The notes under the pieces were generated by a model that was not told where the DNA came from, searched no databases, and saw only the letters and a list, made by a program, of their open reading frames with translations. This document shows positions 9,871-23,735 of a stretch of DNA of 64,000 nucleotides, piece after piece. The translations under genes were made by a program, and so were the position numbers. The first letter of the stretch is position 1, and every line of letters starts with the position of its first letter. The DNA comes from Octopus bimaculoides. Taxonomy: Eukaryota. The stretch is taken from positions 167,474,761 to 167,538,760 of the forward strand of contig NC_068981.1 in the NCBI RefSeq assembly GCF_001194135.2. The letters are read 5' to 3'.

Positions 9871-11849
9871 CATTATCTGATATACAATCAATATAACTGA
9901 AGCACAATTTACGTCTGGGTCAATAGACATGGTTTATCATACCATCGATGAATAAAGTTATTTTATTTATACAAAATATTCCTTCTCTTATATATTCTAC
10001 AGGTCACTCTAAACCTCTTTTGCATCAACAAACTAATCTAATCAATATCATACGCCTTATAATCCATAATTTGCTTTTATTACGCTGTTTTCGTCTTTTT
10101 TGTCAATCTGAAGGCTCAATCGCCCACACGAAAATCGTTACTTCAATTGTATATAAAAATGTAGACGTTTAAACATTAACAGCACAACAAATGAATTTAT
10201 AGTAAAATCAACAAAAGATCACAATGATGATTAAAAAGTATTGGGTTAACCCCTCGATACCAACTTACTGTTTAGAGCTAATAAAACAAATTCAAACAGT
10301 CTCCAAGCCTATAAAACCGCAAACGCATCATCTTTAAAATATTGAATTCTTATGAAGAATACTTTTTTATGTTATGCAGTAACGTATTTTTATTCTTATA
10401 TCTGTGTTGAAAGGGTGACACATATTCTGCGAGTGACATTAGTGTCATTATAATGGAATGTTGAAAAATGAAAATTTTAGCTGGAAGATTTCAGCTAAAA
10501 TGAACCGATCCTCAGAATGAATGACTACAATTAAGCTTTAGCGTTGTTCGGGTGATAATATGGCTTGTGAGATTGCGGGGGAAAATGTTATCTAATCTAT
10601 TAACTGAGATGATCTTTCACTACTTTTGCTACATTTTCCGGCAAAATCTATACCATACTTTATAAACACTCTTCCATGCGAATGCTTGATCACCACAAGA
10701 TAGTTATACTTATGTTAAATTTTTCAAGCCAACATAGTAGCTTCCACAGCGTTACTCGATCTGCTGGACATAGCAGCTAATGTACATAAATAAAGGAAAT
10801 GAGCAGGGTAGAATCATTAGCGAGCAAAAGGCTAAGCGGCATGTCTTTCAGCTCTTTACGTTCTCAGTTCAAATCCTGGAGTTCAAGATCAAAAGAAAGG
10901 AAACCCATCAAATAACATTCTAACGTTTTATTTTCAGCCATAGCACATTGCATAATGTAATCCTACACATCCCTAAAAATATGGTGTGATCCTGATGGGA
11001 ATGCTGCTCCGTCATTGGTTTGCTGGGTTAAAAAGTGACCTGGATTTAACTGCAAAAACAACAACGAAGACGACAACAGCAACAACCATATTCTCTGAAT
11101 TTACATTAGTGAATATAGAAAATTTATTCAGAAATTCGTATTTAATTCTCTAGAAAATGTTTGGTTTCCACTTATTTTGGTTTCATCTGAGATCTTTGAG
11201 CATCTTGCGTTTGGATGCAATATCGATCATTAAGGAATATGATCGTTTATTACAGACTGGCAATTACTGTTCTGGATCAGTTGCTATTTCTGACAATTTC
11301 CTTATCCTATAATCTTTCTGCTGGGTCCTGGCGTCTTAGTGAGGGCTCGAAGAGCGTCGATATAGTCATAGAACGATTTATGCAATCGACAGTAGTAATT
11401 TTAAATGTTTTTCTAAGCAAATAACGCTATAAAATCAGTTAGCGCATATTAGAATTAAAAGAAAATATATGCAATTTAGGGCACTAGTCTTGCCAATTCA
11501 GTTACCTACCTCTACTTCGTATCCAGCATCGTATTGATATTCCGTCTTAGCCAGTGTATTATATTCATAATCAAAGTATCTAACACGGGATTAACTCGAT
11601 CTACCTACATGAAATGACTGCGGAAAAAAATCACCTTATCAATATAAAAAACATTACTATTATATAAAGCTAACGAGGTAGCCTCTACGTTGATACGCGA
11701 TCCCCAAGAAATAACTAGCAATAACTAGTCTTTAGTTGCATATCGTTACAGTCTACGTTCAGATCTCACCGAGACTAACTTTATCTTTCATCCTTCAAGG
11801 GTTGATAAAATAAGTACTAGCTAAGTAATAAAAAAGCATCCTCTCGAGC

Positions 11850-11889
11850 CGTATGGGTTCATAAGAGCCGGTTTTCTGGTTTCCGTGGC

Positions 11890-11929
<40 letters not shown>

Positions 11930-12115
11930 AACGGGATGCCGGTTCGTCATATGATTACTCATTTTTGCCAACAAAGTCGACTGCAGTAACATAAAATGAA
12001 ATGTTTTGCTGAAAAAAAAAAAAAAAAAAACCTCGCCGGCCAGTCCAGATCCTGGGGCCCTGAACTTAGGATCACGAACCCAACAGACCTAACCACTAGG
12101 CTAAACGCCTCCACA
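11850..12115 (-). mobile_element. tRNA-derived SINE family D with internal (TA)n
   Basis: Degraded tRNA-like head at ~12040-12115 on minus (reverse of ctaaccactaggctaaacgcctcc); body gattactcatttttgcca..aaatgaaatgttttgct resembles a CORE-like domain from memory. Confidence 0.5.
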
Positions 12116-12177
12116 ACTGAATAGTGGCTCGATGTAATTAATAGGAAAAATGTATATTAATATATATCAAAAATATA

Positions 12178-12390
12178 AGGTGGCGAGCTGACAGAATCGT
12201 TAGCACGCTGGGCAAAATGCTTAGTGGCATTTCGTCCATCTTTACGTTCTGAGTTTAAATTCCGTCGAGGTCGACTTTGCCTTTCATCCTTTCGGAGTCG
12301 ATAAAATAAGTACCAGTTGAACTCTGAGGTCGATGTAATCGACTTACCCTCTCCCCCTAAATTACTGGCCTTGTGCCAAAATTTGATATC
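12178..12390 (+). mobile_element. SINE family A, full length, with 19-bp target-site duplication
   Basis: A-box-like tgacagaatcgttagc, B-box-like gagtttaaattcc; aatatatatcaaaaatata at 12159-12177 and 12391-12409. Confidence 0.9.
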
Positions 12391-13613
12391 AATATATATC
12401 AAAAATATATTGAAGTGGTTCTGAATGTTCGAAGAAGAATTTCAGCTGAGTAATACAAGACGCAAAAATAAACCTTTCCATCAATTATTCATTTTCTATT
12501 CCCGTTTCTTTTAATGGTCAATTCCGTCTATTTATGATATTTATATACATTTAATCACATTAAACGCATATAAATTTATATACATTGAACTTCATCGGTC
12601 TTCAGAGAATAATGGAGTCTGACGATAAAGCATGCTCTTAACTCGGTAAGTTGCATTGTATATAGAATTCCATTTGTATTTTGTCTGGCTGATATTCAGC
12701 TAAGGAGGATCAATTGCTGTCTTGATGGAGGTTAAAAGAATGGAGATAATAAATAAATAGTTAATCAAAGAAGTGCCAATTAATGCATTCTAGCGGAGCA
12801 GCATAATTCAAAGATTTTAACTGACAAAAGAGAACATTAGCAAAATGTCTCTTGAATTTTGATATAGTTTGCAAACTAATGAAAGACAATTGCTATCTAT
12901 GATTAAGCCTGTGAAGTTTATCACAGAGATTAATGTAACATAATTACATTTCTTGACGTCTTAGTTAAGGGATCAAGTTGTTAGTAGGTAGATCATTTTT
13001 GATTAAATAATGAATCAATCGGAAAAGCATTTGAAATGATTTAAACTCTTTCATTTCATTGTTAGAATCAATTTTAACCGAACTAGATAATCTTTCAAGT
13101 CTGTGAATCCCAATTCTATTAGTTATTCTGCTTCCTTATCCTACATACTTCAACGATTTTTCTTTTGACTGCAGTAACGACTAAATTTGTATGGAAGGAA
13201 GGAGATAAATTCGTAATACAATGAAATCGATTTAATCAACGCTAATATATTACTTATTATTACCACTGTTGCATCGCTGAAAACGAAAATTCTCAACTTT
13301 TTTGTAAGTATTGATTGCTGTAAGGTTAAAAGTCTCTTCGCAGCAACGTGATTTCGAGCTCGATCTTGTTATGTGGCACCATTTGTTATTATTTTTCTAC
13401 AACAGCCTTGGATTTAGCGATCCCTTATGTGCAAAATATGGTCGATAGAAGTGCATTCTGCAGAGGACCATATATCTATCTATCTATCTATCTATCTATC
13501 CATCCATCCATCCATCCATCCATCCATACAATTATACATACATACAAACATATATATATATATATCTGTATGTATGTATGTATGTATGTATGTACGTATG
13601 TATATATAATATG

Positions 13614-13800
13614 TCAGGTCGCTCTTGAGTGCTGCTTGTAACATGTAATCCAGTACAACCTGTTGCATGGTCGGGTCGTCGGCGACTAAACTAACAACCC
13701 CACCAGGCTTGCTTGGTGAGGAGGTTGGACACCCCGCAGGATGAAAAATAAGACCCGTCAAAGGGCGGAGGGACTCATGAGCAGTCAACGGCCATCCAAC
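13614..13800 (+). mobile_element. Probable RTE-type 5' UTR fragment
   Basis: GC-richer island with ggcgactaaact..aacccc, recalled from RTE 5' UTRs; upstream of and co-oriented with the RTE ORF across a gap. Confidence 0.35.
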
Positions 13801-14884
13801 AAATATGTGTAAATATATATATCTTCTTTTCTCTTTTTTTAAATATATTCGTATATCTATATATATATGTATATTTTTTGCTTATATATATATATATATN
13901 NNNNNNNNNNNNNNNNNNNNNNNNNNNNNNNNNNNNNNNNNNNNNNNNNNNNNNNNNNNNNNNNNNNNNNNNNNNNNNNNNNNNNNNNNNNNNNNNNNNN
14001 NNNNNNNNNNNNNNNNNNNNNNNNNNNNNNNNNNNNNNNNNNNNNNNNNNNNNNNNNNNNNNNNNNNNNNNNNNNNNNNNNNNNNNNNNNNNNNNNNNNN
14101 NNNNNNNNNNNNNNNNNNNNNNNNNNNNNNNNNNNNNNNNNNNNNNNNNNNNNNNNNNNNNNNNNNNNNNNNNNNNNNNNNNNNNNNNNNNNNNNNNNNN
14201 NNNNNNNNNNNNNNNNNNNNNNNNNNNNNNNNNNNNNNNNNNNNNNNNNNNNNNNNNNNNNNNNNNNNNNNNNNNNNNNNNNNNNNNNNNNNNNNNNNNN
14301 NNNNNNNNNNNNNNNNNNNNNNNNNNNNNNNNNNNNNNNNNNNNNNNNNNNNNNNNNNNNNNNNNNNNNNNNNNNNNNNNNNNNNNNNNNNNNNNNNNNN
14401 NNNNNNNNNNNNNNNNNNNNNNNNNNNNNNNNNNNNNNNNNNNNNNNNNNNNNNNNNNNNNNNNNNNNNNNNNNNNNNNNNNNNNNNNNNNNNNNNNNNN
14501 NNNNNNNNNNNNNNNNNNNNNNNNNNNNNNNNNNNNNNNNNNNNNNNNNNNNNNNNNNNNNNNNNNNNNNNNNNNNNNNNNNNNNNNNNNNNNNNNNNNN
14601 NNNNNNNNNNNNNNNNNNNNNNNNNNNNNNNNNNNNNNNNNNNNNNNNNNNNNNNNNNNNNNNNNNNNNNNNNNNNNNNNNNNNNNNNNNNNNNNNNNNN
14701 NNNNNNNNNNNNNNNNNNNNNNNNNNNNNNNNNNNNNNNNNNNNNNNNNNNNNNNNNNNNNNNNNNNNNNNNNNNNNNNNNNNNNNNNNNNNNNNNNNNN
14801 NNNNNNNNNNNNNNNNNNNNNNNNNNNNNNNNNNNNNNNNNNNNNNNNNNNNNNNNNNNNNNNNNNNNNNNNNNNNNNNNNNNN

Positions 14885-16690
14885 AACAATCTGCAAGGAA
14901 AAGTAAAAATAAACTTTCTCTGAATTTTGGCTATTGGAATGTGTGCACACTTGTTGATGATAATTTCAACAAGAGGCCAGGAAGGCGTACTGCACTTATT
15001 GCATGTGAGCTTAAAAAATATTCCTTTGATATAGTTGCGTTCTCTGAAACTCGTCTCTCTGGTGAGGGTCAAATAAATGAACTTACTTATGGATACACTA
15101 TCTTTTGTAGAGGCCTACCTGAGGGTCAGTGTAGAGAATCTGGTGTTGGGTTTGCTTTCAAGAATTCATTAGTGTCCTCCTTTGCAGAATTTCCAAGTAG
15201 TATATCTGAACAAACAATGACATGCCGTATAAAACTGACAAAGAGTAGGTTTCTTACCGTTGTCAGTATTTATGCACCAAAAATGTCTCATTCTGATGAA
15301 ACTGTAGGACAGTTTTATGACGATCTTGCACAATTATTGAGGAAAGTGCCAATTTCTGACAAGCTGGTCATATTGGGAGATTTCAATGTGCGAGTTGGAA
15401 ATAACTATGTTTCATGACCTGTTTTAGGCCGACATGGGATTGGAAAATGTAATAAAAATGGAGTAGCTCTCTATTTTGATGTTTTGTACTGAGAATAATC
15501 TGGTTGTTAGCAACACTCTGTTTAAGCAGAAAAAATAAATATAAAACCGCCTGGATGCATCCAAGATCTAAGCACTGGTATCTCATAGTTTATATTTTGA
15601 TCAGAAAACGTGATATGGAATATGTTTCTAGAGTTCGGGCCATGAGAGGAGCAGAGAGCTGGATTGACCATCGTCTAATTGCAAAGATTCCACGATGCCA
15701 CAGAAAGTATCAATTTTGACCCAAACAATCTATGGGAAGATTTCAAAACAAGAGTATTTCAGACTGCAAGTTTGTCAGTGGGATCTAACTCGCGTAAGTC
15801 TAGTGACTGATTCTCAGATAAATCAGTAGAAATTCATGATCTACTTTTAGAAAAACCAAATACACTTCTTTCTCATTCCTTGAACCCCAACTCAAACGAA
15901 GCTTACAGAAAGCTGAAAAGGAATATGCACACTGCTCTAAAGAAAATTAAACAAAAATGGTGGACTAATAGAGCAAAAGGGGCGCAAGAAGCAGCAGATA
16001 GAAATGACACCAAGGATTTGTACTCTTATGTTAAGGAGGTATATGGCCCAAAATCTTCAATAGCTATTCATAAGCGCTGGGTAGAACATTTTTCTGCTCT
16101 TTTGAATAGACCATCATCCGCTGACATGAGGATGATAAAAAAAATCGAACACCTTCCAGTTATAGAAGAGATGGAATTTGAACCAACTTTAAATGACATT
16201 TATTTAGCTGTGAATAAGCTGAATAACAATAATTGTTCAGGGTCTGATGGAATCTGTGCAGAAGTCTTGAAATATGGGTGTGACAAAATGTTTGAACTAT
16301 TAAATATGTGAATTTGTCACTGTTGGAGAACTGAGAAGGTGGCTCAAGACTGGATTGATGTCATTTTAGTCTCCTTGTATAAATCGGGGCGAAAGGATCT
16401 GTGTGGTAATTTCCGTGGGATTTTGCTTTTGTCTGTGGTTGGAAAGGTACTTGCCTGCATTCTATTAGAACGTTTAAATACCTTCATAGTTCCAAATATG
16501 GTGTCTGAGTCTTAGTGTGGTTGTCGCTCATCCGGGGAATGTTTTTAATCTGACCAGACTGAAATTCAAGACGAAGGTTTTTACTTCACTCATTAGGGAA
16601 CTCTTATACACTGATGATTGCGATCTAGTCAGTCATTCTGAAACAGGCCTGCAGTCTCTTCTATCTGCATTTGACTCAGCTTGTGACCAT
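14885..16690 (+). mobile_element. RTE-clade LINE, decayed (AP endonuclease plus partial RT)
   Basis: WNVCTL, SETRL, RESGVGFA, SIYAP, LGDFNVRVG, WIDHRL; then HKRWVEHFSALLN, SGSDGICAEVLK, GNFRGILLLSVVGKVL, RELLYTDD; stops and frameshifts; RT core deleted near 16525. Confidence 0.92.
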
Positions 16691-17509
16691 TACATAATTA
16701 TTTAATAATTATACTGTTTATTTCATAATGGATAGGATCTGAAACCGTACGACACCTAGCCTATATTTATTATTTGGCACACGCCTGAGCTCACGTGAAG
16801 AACCACAACAATTCGAAGGGTATCCTTCCTCACCTTGCTATCAATGTGGGACAGTCGGAGGCAATTGAATCAGGAATAGCTCTCTCACTCACGTACATCT
16901 GCTAATCGGACAAGATCTTGTTGGTTTTGAGCGTCTACCGGCGCACACCTCACATATCACAACAAATGTTTCATTCCAACTTGAGTCATCAGTTTCTACA
17001 AACAACAGTATACGCTCCACAGATAAGGGGGATCCTGTACTTCTATAAACGATCCTCCCATCTATTGCTACTACAGCAACAGATGGTCAGACAATCTTCC
17101 GTTTCTTTCTCATTCCCCACCTCCTTGTCTTATTGGTTCGTTCTTCTGTAATCAGCTGATGTGGTAGAAACTGGCACTTGATATATGTCGGCTAGCATCA
17201 TCCTTATAAGATGATTTATGAATGTAAAGTAATCACTCTCCTGGTATGTTGCTGTTGTTTTTCTTGTCGATAACATTTTGAGTGCATACATAAATTTCAA
17301 TGATTCAACGATTCTTTAATTATTCAGTTATGTCTAAAATACGTAAAATTCTGTTAATTACAAGGAATGTTAGATAATATAATTAATTGATTAATTAGAT
17401 TTGACATGTTACTGCACATTTAATGGAGAATGAGAAATGATGTCGTTCATGAATTATTGAAACACCTGCTTCTCAAATGTGTTGTTATCCGTTAATATTT
17501 ATCTGTTTC

Positions 17510-17765
17510 CTATGGATTCTGCTGCTTCAAGATGACAGGGTACTCTACGTGGTTACTTTGACTACTAGAAATTAATGCACAAACTCTCCTCATGTGACTC
17601 CCTACCGTCTAAAAGATAAAGGATACATTAGGCAGTCTAGTCTTTCATATGCGATAAGACATAATGGTCACGGCTGAAACGCCTTTAATGACACATCTGC
17701 TTGATGAGGGCTAATGGGAGACAACAACAACAACAGCAACAATAACAGCAACAACAACAAGAGCA
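17510..17765 (+). mobile_element. Unclassified SINE-like family E with (CAA)n tail
   Basis: ctagaaat...ccctaccgtctaaaa..aaggatacatt...ggtcacggctg motif set recurs in diverged form near 10940, 52800-53250, 54150, 61320 and 61800. Confidence 0.5.
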
Positions 17766-19129
17766 GTTAGGTAATGAAGAAAGAAGAGGAATGAAAGAAA
17801 TTTCTGAGAGCAGAAATGGAAACACAGTTTACAACCCAAACATCCTCAGTTGCACGTCATCTGTTACAGTCAAAGAGATTTCAGTCAGTGTGTTTAAGGC
17901 TATGTAGGAAAAGACTCATTGTCTGATGGGTCCTTTTCTCATTTAAAGTGGTATGTGATATGAGGGGTATTTGGTTATTATTTCAGGAAGGGTGCGCAAC
18001 CAGGAAGATTCCCCTGTGTCGACTCCTTTCTAGTTCATGTGTAACCATTTCTAAAGAAATTACGGTGATGTACTGCAGGATTAGCTGTGCCGTTGCCGGA
18101 GGAGATAAAAACCAATTGATTCAATGTCAGTCTGGGGATATGCCTAAACCCCTGGTTTATGAGAAACAACTGTTACAGAACTCTTTTATGTTTTTTATTG
18201 GACATTAATTTTAAAATATATTAAATTTAAAATTACATGGAAATTAAACACAAAATGGTAAAAAAAAAAATGGTTACTGATTTATAGACTCATTGTTCTT
18301 GGCAGAATATAATTATTGGAACTGAAGAATTATGGATTACATAGTTACAAACACTGTCCAATAAAGTACAACTTTTTAAAGTCCTTGACACTGGACATTA
18401 ATTTCAAAAGGACTGAAGCGAAGAAAAATACAAACGGAAGAAATACGGTAGAATCAAAAATAATTAAATGAGGGAAGAGACGAATGTGCCAATATTAGCA
18501 AATGATTTAATTAAATTTAATCAAATTTAATCAAATAAATACATAAAGGTGTCTTTATTCTTTTCACCAACGGGAAAAAAGGATTCTAACTGAACGATTC
18601 TCTCCCTTGCTATTGAGGCGAATGACCAACCAATCAGCTGAGTGATTATTTTGATATGATTTTATATTTACGTTTGTGTTTTTCTTAATTTTAATTCATT
18701 CATTCTTTACCCATCACCCTCATTTTTTCTATAACTTAATTATAGTTTTATATATTTTTATGTAACTCTGTCCATCCCCACAAGTTTTAGTAACCTCTGT
18801 GAATGAATGTTGCGAATTGGTATAGTCACTAAAGTATTGGCTAGAATACATTATTTGTTTATTGTAAAATTTTACGTTCTGAGTTCAAACCACGCTGAGA
18901 TCGACTTCCCTGTTGTCCCTTCGAGTTCGATAAAAATAAAAAAAACCTACCTGAGTAGAGCGGAAGACTGGTAGAATAGTTAGAGCGTCAGAAGAAAAGA
19001 GAATGGAAACAGTTTCGTTGGTTCGATTGACGGAAGATCGACCGCTGCCATCACAACCACCATGTCTAACGTTCATTCTTTTAGGGCTTGTGCCTATATG
19101 ACAACGGATTTTATTACTGTAACAATTTA

Positions 19130-19690
19130 GTTGTCATTGTGTGCTTTCATTGCAATATCAGGAATAAATCTGCAAGCCTTGTGTACGAGCAATTTTGCTT
19201 TGGTGTTTGTATTTTTACATTGTATTGAAAACACTCAACGTAATGCGTACAAACTCTAGTAATTCTTGTTTACTGAGAGTTCTTTACTGAGAGATGTATG
19301 TGCAGTGTTTAGCCATTCTGTTTTCAATGGGTGTCCTTGGATTTTGGCATGTATTCATCAGTATAGTTGGTTAAATAATAATTTCTAAAGCGCCTATTAT
19401 CATAGAGATTTGTTTCTGCTTTCGATTCCACCATTCTAGTTATCTCTGTTTGCAAATCTTTATACTTTCGGATAGTTTTTCTATTAATTTTAAATATGTA
19501 TATTGTTGTCGCTTACAGTTGATGCATCGATAAAGAGACATTTCTTTCCTTGATAGTATTAGACAACAATATACTGCCGATTAATCTCCGTGTGTAGACT
19601 GACATATCCTACAGCAAATGATCATTTTGTAATATCCTGAGATCCTTTCCAGTATTTGTACCATTATCTACTATGAGTATTTCATAATAG
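19130..19690 (-). mobile_element. Degraded 3' end of an RLE-type (Dong/R4-like) LINE
   Basis: Minus frames give KKCLFID (19526-19540), KYKDLQTEITRM (19432-19467) and IIGAL (19386-19400) in the order expected for the restriction-like endonuclease C-terminus. Confidence 0.7.
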
Positions 19691-20147
19691 CTGTCTAATT
19701 TGAATTGTATGGTTGTCTGATTGTATGAAATTTCGAACCCTAGCAGTTTGGTATATATATATAGCGAGAAAGGATAGAGAGATGTATGTATATATATTTA
19801 AAGATATACGTACATACATATGTGTGTGTGTATATACAATCTTGTCTGGTATACTTGGCAGCCGCAACAATGTGATTGATTAGTTTTTTCCACAAAAGCA
19901 AACTTAGCCATTCGATAAACAAAGATCGATAAGATATGTATCAGACTAAATACGGGAGTCAATATAATCGACAAAAATCTATGAAGGCTTTTACTAGTAT
20001 TGCCACTGACCAAAGAGTGAGACCACAAAAAGAATATAAGAATAATCATTGTTAAAACGAACGCTATTTGCTGAATATATATAAGTATGATTTGCAGAAT
20101 GCTTTTCGTCGAATGTTATTTCATCCATAATATTAAATGAATGATAA

Positions 20148-20360
20148 GCCGGCGAGATGGCAGAAACGTTAGCATACTGGACGAAATACTTAGCGGTATT
20201 TCGTCTTTAGGTTCGGAGTTCATACTCCACCGAGTTCGGTTTTTTACCTTTCATCCTTTAGAAGTCGATAAATTAAATACCAGTTGCGTACTGGAGTCGA
20301 TCTAATCGACTGGCCCTCTCCTCCAAAATTTCGGACCTTGTCCCTAGAGTAGAAAAGAAT
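20148..20360 (+). mobile_element. SINE family A, full length
   Basis: ggcgagatggcagaaacgttagc...gtcgataaattaaataccagtt...ccttgtccctagagtagaaaagaat. Confidence 0.85.
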
Positions 20361-21732
20361 ATTTTATCATCGATTACTGCATATCCACTCGACTGTCCGT
20401 GTATCTGACCATTGGTATACTGTGTTTAAATTATTTTCTTCTTGATATTTATTAAATGTCATTGCAAATGCGAGAAGCCGTTGATGATATTTCATGAAGG
20501 TAGGATTCGTATGTCCGCGCAAAATCGTATTATATTGCTCGGGTTAATTTACTTCATGTGGATTTATATGTAGCGTGCACCACAAAAATGTTTGCACATA
20601 TGTTCTTGTGCTTAATGTGGTTGTAGCTAAGTAGAGAACCAAAAGAGTTGGACCTTATGGTACGTTAAAAATATTTTTCGAATAAGATGCAGCATATTGA
20701 CAGGTTCGATAAACCGGAAGTAGCATCTGTAAAACAGGCTGCAATGAGTATAATTTTATGTACGTTTGAGAGAGAGCACAAGGTAAAAGTTAAGGAGTAA
20801 AACACAGATATTCACGTTGAATGCATAAAACGATAGTAGGAGAGCCTAAATGAACATAGGAACAAACAGTAAAAGCATTGTTGGAGGACCACAAAGAGAT
20901 GGGAGGAGGGAAGGAAATAAGTGATAAAAGAGTGATAGGATAAATATCTATAGTAGTAATAATAGAAACAACGCCCCACTTCCGAGATAGAAATATAGAA
21001 GTTGCATATCTTGTATTTGAGTACAAGCTATATGGTTCAGATGGTTATTATATCAACTGAATTGATAACTGTCGTAGACGGATATTGTTACATTTTGTGC
21101 TTGTATACGAGAGGAAGGATAGGCTCTCCTATGTCATAGAAGTGAATGTGTGATGGATATTCACTTGGTGCTTAGTGTCTATAAGTGAGGCTCAAATCTT
21201 TCAGATACATTCAATTGGGAACTTCGCAAAGAAGACATATTCTAGAGATGGGTTGTATGACTTATACGTGGAGTGAGTAGAATAACACAAGAGGAAGTAG
21301 GAAGTTATTACGTAAAAGAAGTGAATCTTTAGGGAGGAACACGCGAATGAGAGGTACAGTTTCTAATAAGCCACTGCCCTACCTATGTTTTGTATATAGT
21401 ATACTCTATATTATCTGCCTTTTCCCGAGAGTAGTAGCAGCATATACAAATACAGGTCGCAAGGGCTGTAGTATTATAGTCAGTTGAAATGGGGAAAACT
21501 GTATAGAGTCCTTAGAGTGTTCATTTGATGCATGTATGAAATAACAACTGGGTATTGAGTGTTGTTGGAGGAATCCGCTCTATTTCAAGCATTCAAACCA
21601 ATTTCTGGCCAGAAAACAATTTCTTCGATCTCTCATATCGTTTTCAGGAGCATTGTGGAGTATTACAGGTGTTGGTGTCCTTACTCTGTGTTATGTCTCA
21701 AGCTACTGCTATCTAGCACCTTCGGATGATCT

Positions 21733-21776
21733 CTACTCAACCGCTACACAACTGCTACTCAACTGATACTCAACAC
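21733..21776. repeat. 11-bp minisatellite x4
   Basis: ctactcaaccg/ctacacaactg/ctactcaactg/atactcaacac. Confidence 0.6.
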
Positions 21777-22626
21777 CCCTACCACGGCCAGACTATCTCA
21801 ACTTATATGTCTTGTGAGATCCTACTTCTTCGCCTGGGGGCGTCGACACAACACTCTGATTAAGCAATGAAAAACCAAAGATATTTAAGTGAAAAGTGGG
21901 AAAAAAATATTTACATGGTTACGACGCAATCGCGTTAACTTTTTTCATCGTTTCTATATCAGTGTGCATATATGTGCGCATGTGTGCGCACGCATATTTA
22001 TATTTAATCTCATAAAAAACGCAATGTATATGCATATATATGTATGTATATATGCATATACACACATTGATGCACACACACACACAATCACACACATATG
22101 GACATGCATACATACATTCATATACACACATATACACATGCATGTATATACACATACATTCATGCATAAGTACATTTACTCAGACTTATAGGCAAGAACA
22201 CACAAGTACACGTAAACACACACAAACTCACACACACACACACACACATACACACACAGACATATTCATATACACGTATAATAGATAACTGATAAGTGTT
22301 GTTGTTGTTATTTAGCCACAAAATAATATATTCTCTTGTTGGCAAAGTGTTATTTTTCTTTGATCCAAATGTTGTTCTGCTACAATGACCCCTGCGTCAA
22401 CAACAACAACAACAACAACAACAACCACAAGTTACTAAGAAAACATAATAAACAGAATAAACAAATAAAAGTAGTCAATGAAAAATACATATAAAAAAGT
22501 GAAAATTTTCTCTTCGATTTAATCAATTACATTTTATAGAGAACGTTCAATCATTTTATAGAAAATACTCAATCATTGCGGATTTCTATGTAGAAAAACA
22601 TCATTAGATAACACGTTATACTACGT

Positions 22627-23240
22627 ATGTATGTATGTATGTATGTATGTATGTATGTATGTATGTATGGTTGCAAGTATGTATGTATATTTATATGTAA
22701 GTATGGATGTATGTTTGTATGTATATATGCATTTATATTTGCATGTATGTATATTTCTATAAATGTATGTTTGTATATATTTATATATGTATATATTTAT
22801 ATATGCATGTATATATTTGTATATATTTATATATGCATGTATATATTTGTATATATTTATATATGCATGTATATGTATATATATTGATGTACGTATGCAT
22901 GTATGTATGCATTATTTTTGCATGTATGTTTTTATGCATGCTTTGTGTGTATGTTTGTATGTGTATATATATGCATGTGTGTATATGTGCATGTATTATA
23001 CATGTATATATGTATTATACATGCGCGCACGCATGTATGTATGTTTGTATGTATGCATAGTTGCGTGTCTGTATGTATGCATGGTTGCATGTTTGTATGT
23101 ATGTATGCATGTATGTATGTATGTATGCATATATGTATGTGTGTATGTATGTATGTATGTATTTATGTGTGTTTGTATGTATGTACGCACGTATGTATGT
23201 ATGTGTACATGTAGGTATGCATGTATGTCTGTATGCATGT
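22627..23240. repeat. Degenerate (TATG)n/(TA)n field with 30-bp higher-order units
   Basis: tgtatatatttatatatgcatgtatatatt repeated at ~22770-22880. Confidence 0.85.
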
Positions 23241-23419
23241 TTTATTATTCGAAAGATCCAGTTCCAATCCGATATCAAGGCTCTTTCGTTGGAATTTAGA
23301 CAACACGAAAGAGATAGTTATGCACGTGTGCTTTTATGTTTAATTGTTTTTAATAAGAGGTTGTGGCCATACTGGGGCTCTGTCATTGACATAATTACAG
23401 GTATCGTTTATTTCATCGT

Positions 23420-23735
23420 TAAGATCGTTTTTCCGGGTTTGGTTAGTTTCTGGAGAATTAGTGAATCACACAGAGTCACATTCGCTTGCGTCTCATGCGA
23501 TGATATGGGTTCATGTAGTTTTTCAGATATAGATTTTTCTAAGTGTTCCTTAAACACATTCACATGTATGCTGCGCTGATCTCTGAGGTTCTTGGTCGGG
23601 CAATGCAATGCTGTAGTTCCTTGAATCCTAAGCTGTCAATATATTAGATCCTTATTCTAGATGGAGACAGTGGAACCGGGGTATCCAATTCGTGGTTGGT
23701 ATAGTTTTCAATCCTAAATTTAACTGCTAGACTAT
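23420..23735 (-). mobile_element. Degraded CR1/L2-like LINE 3' end
   Basis: Minus frames PSRIRI*YIDSLGFK and KNLRD..HVNVFKEHL...EP resemble the post-RT tail of CR1-group elements. Confidence 0.55.

Noticed and set aside
12606-12645. Exon-like segment with cag acceptor and gtaagt donor
   Set aside because: Stop codons in all three frames
17948-18208. Cys-containing 86-aa ORF
   Set aside because: No recognisable domain and no convincing donor site
20790-21700. Possible ancient LINE endonuclease/ORF1 on the minus strand (RKWGVVSII)
   Set aside because: Only one weak motif; not supportable by eye
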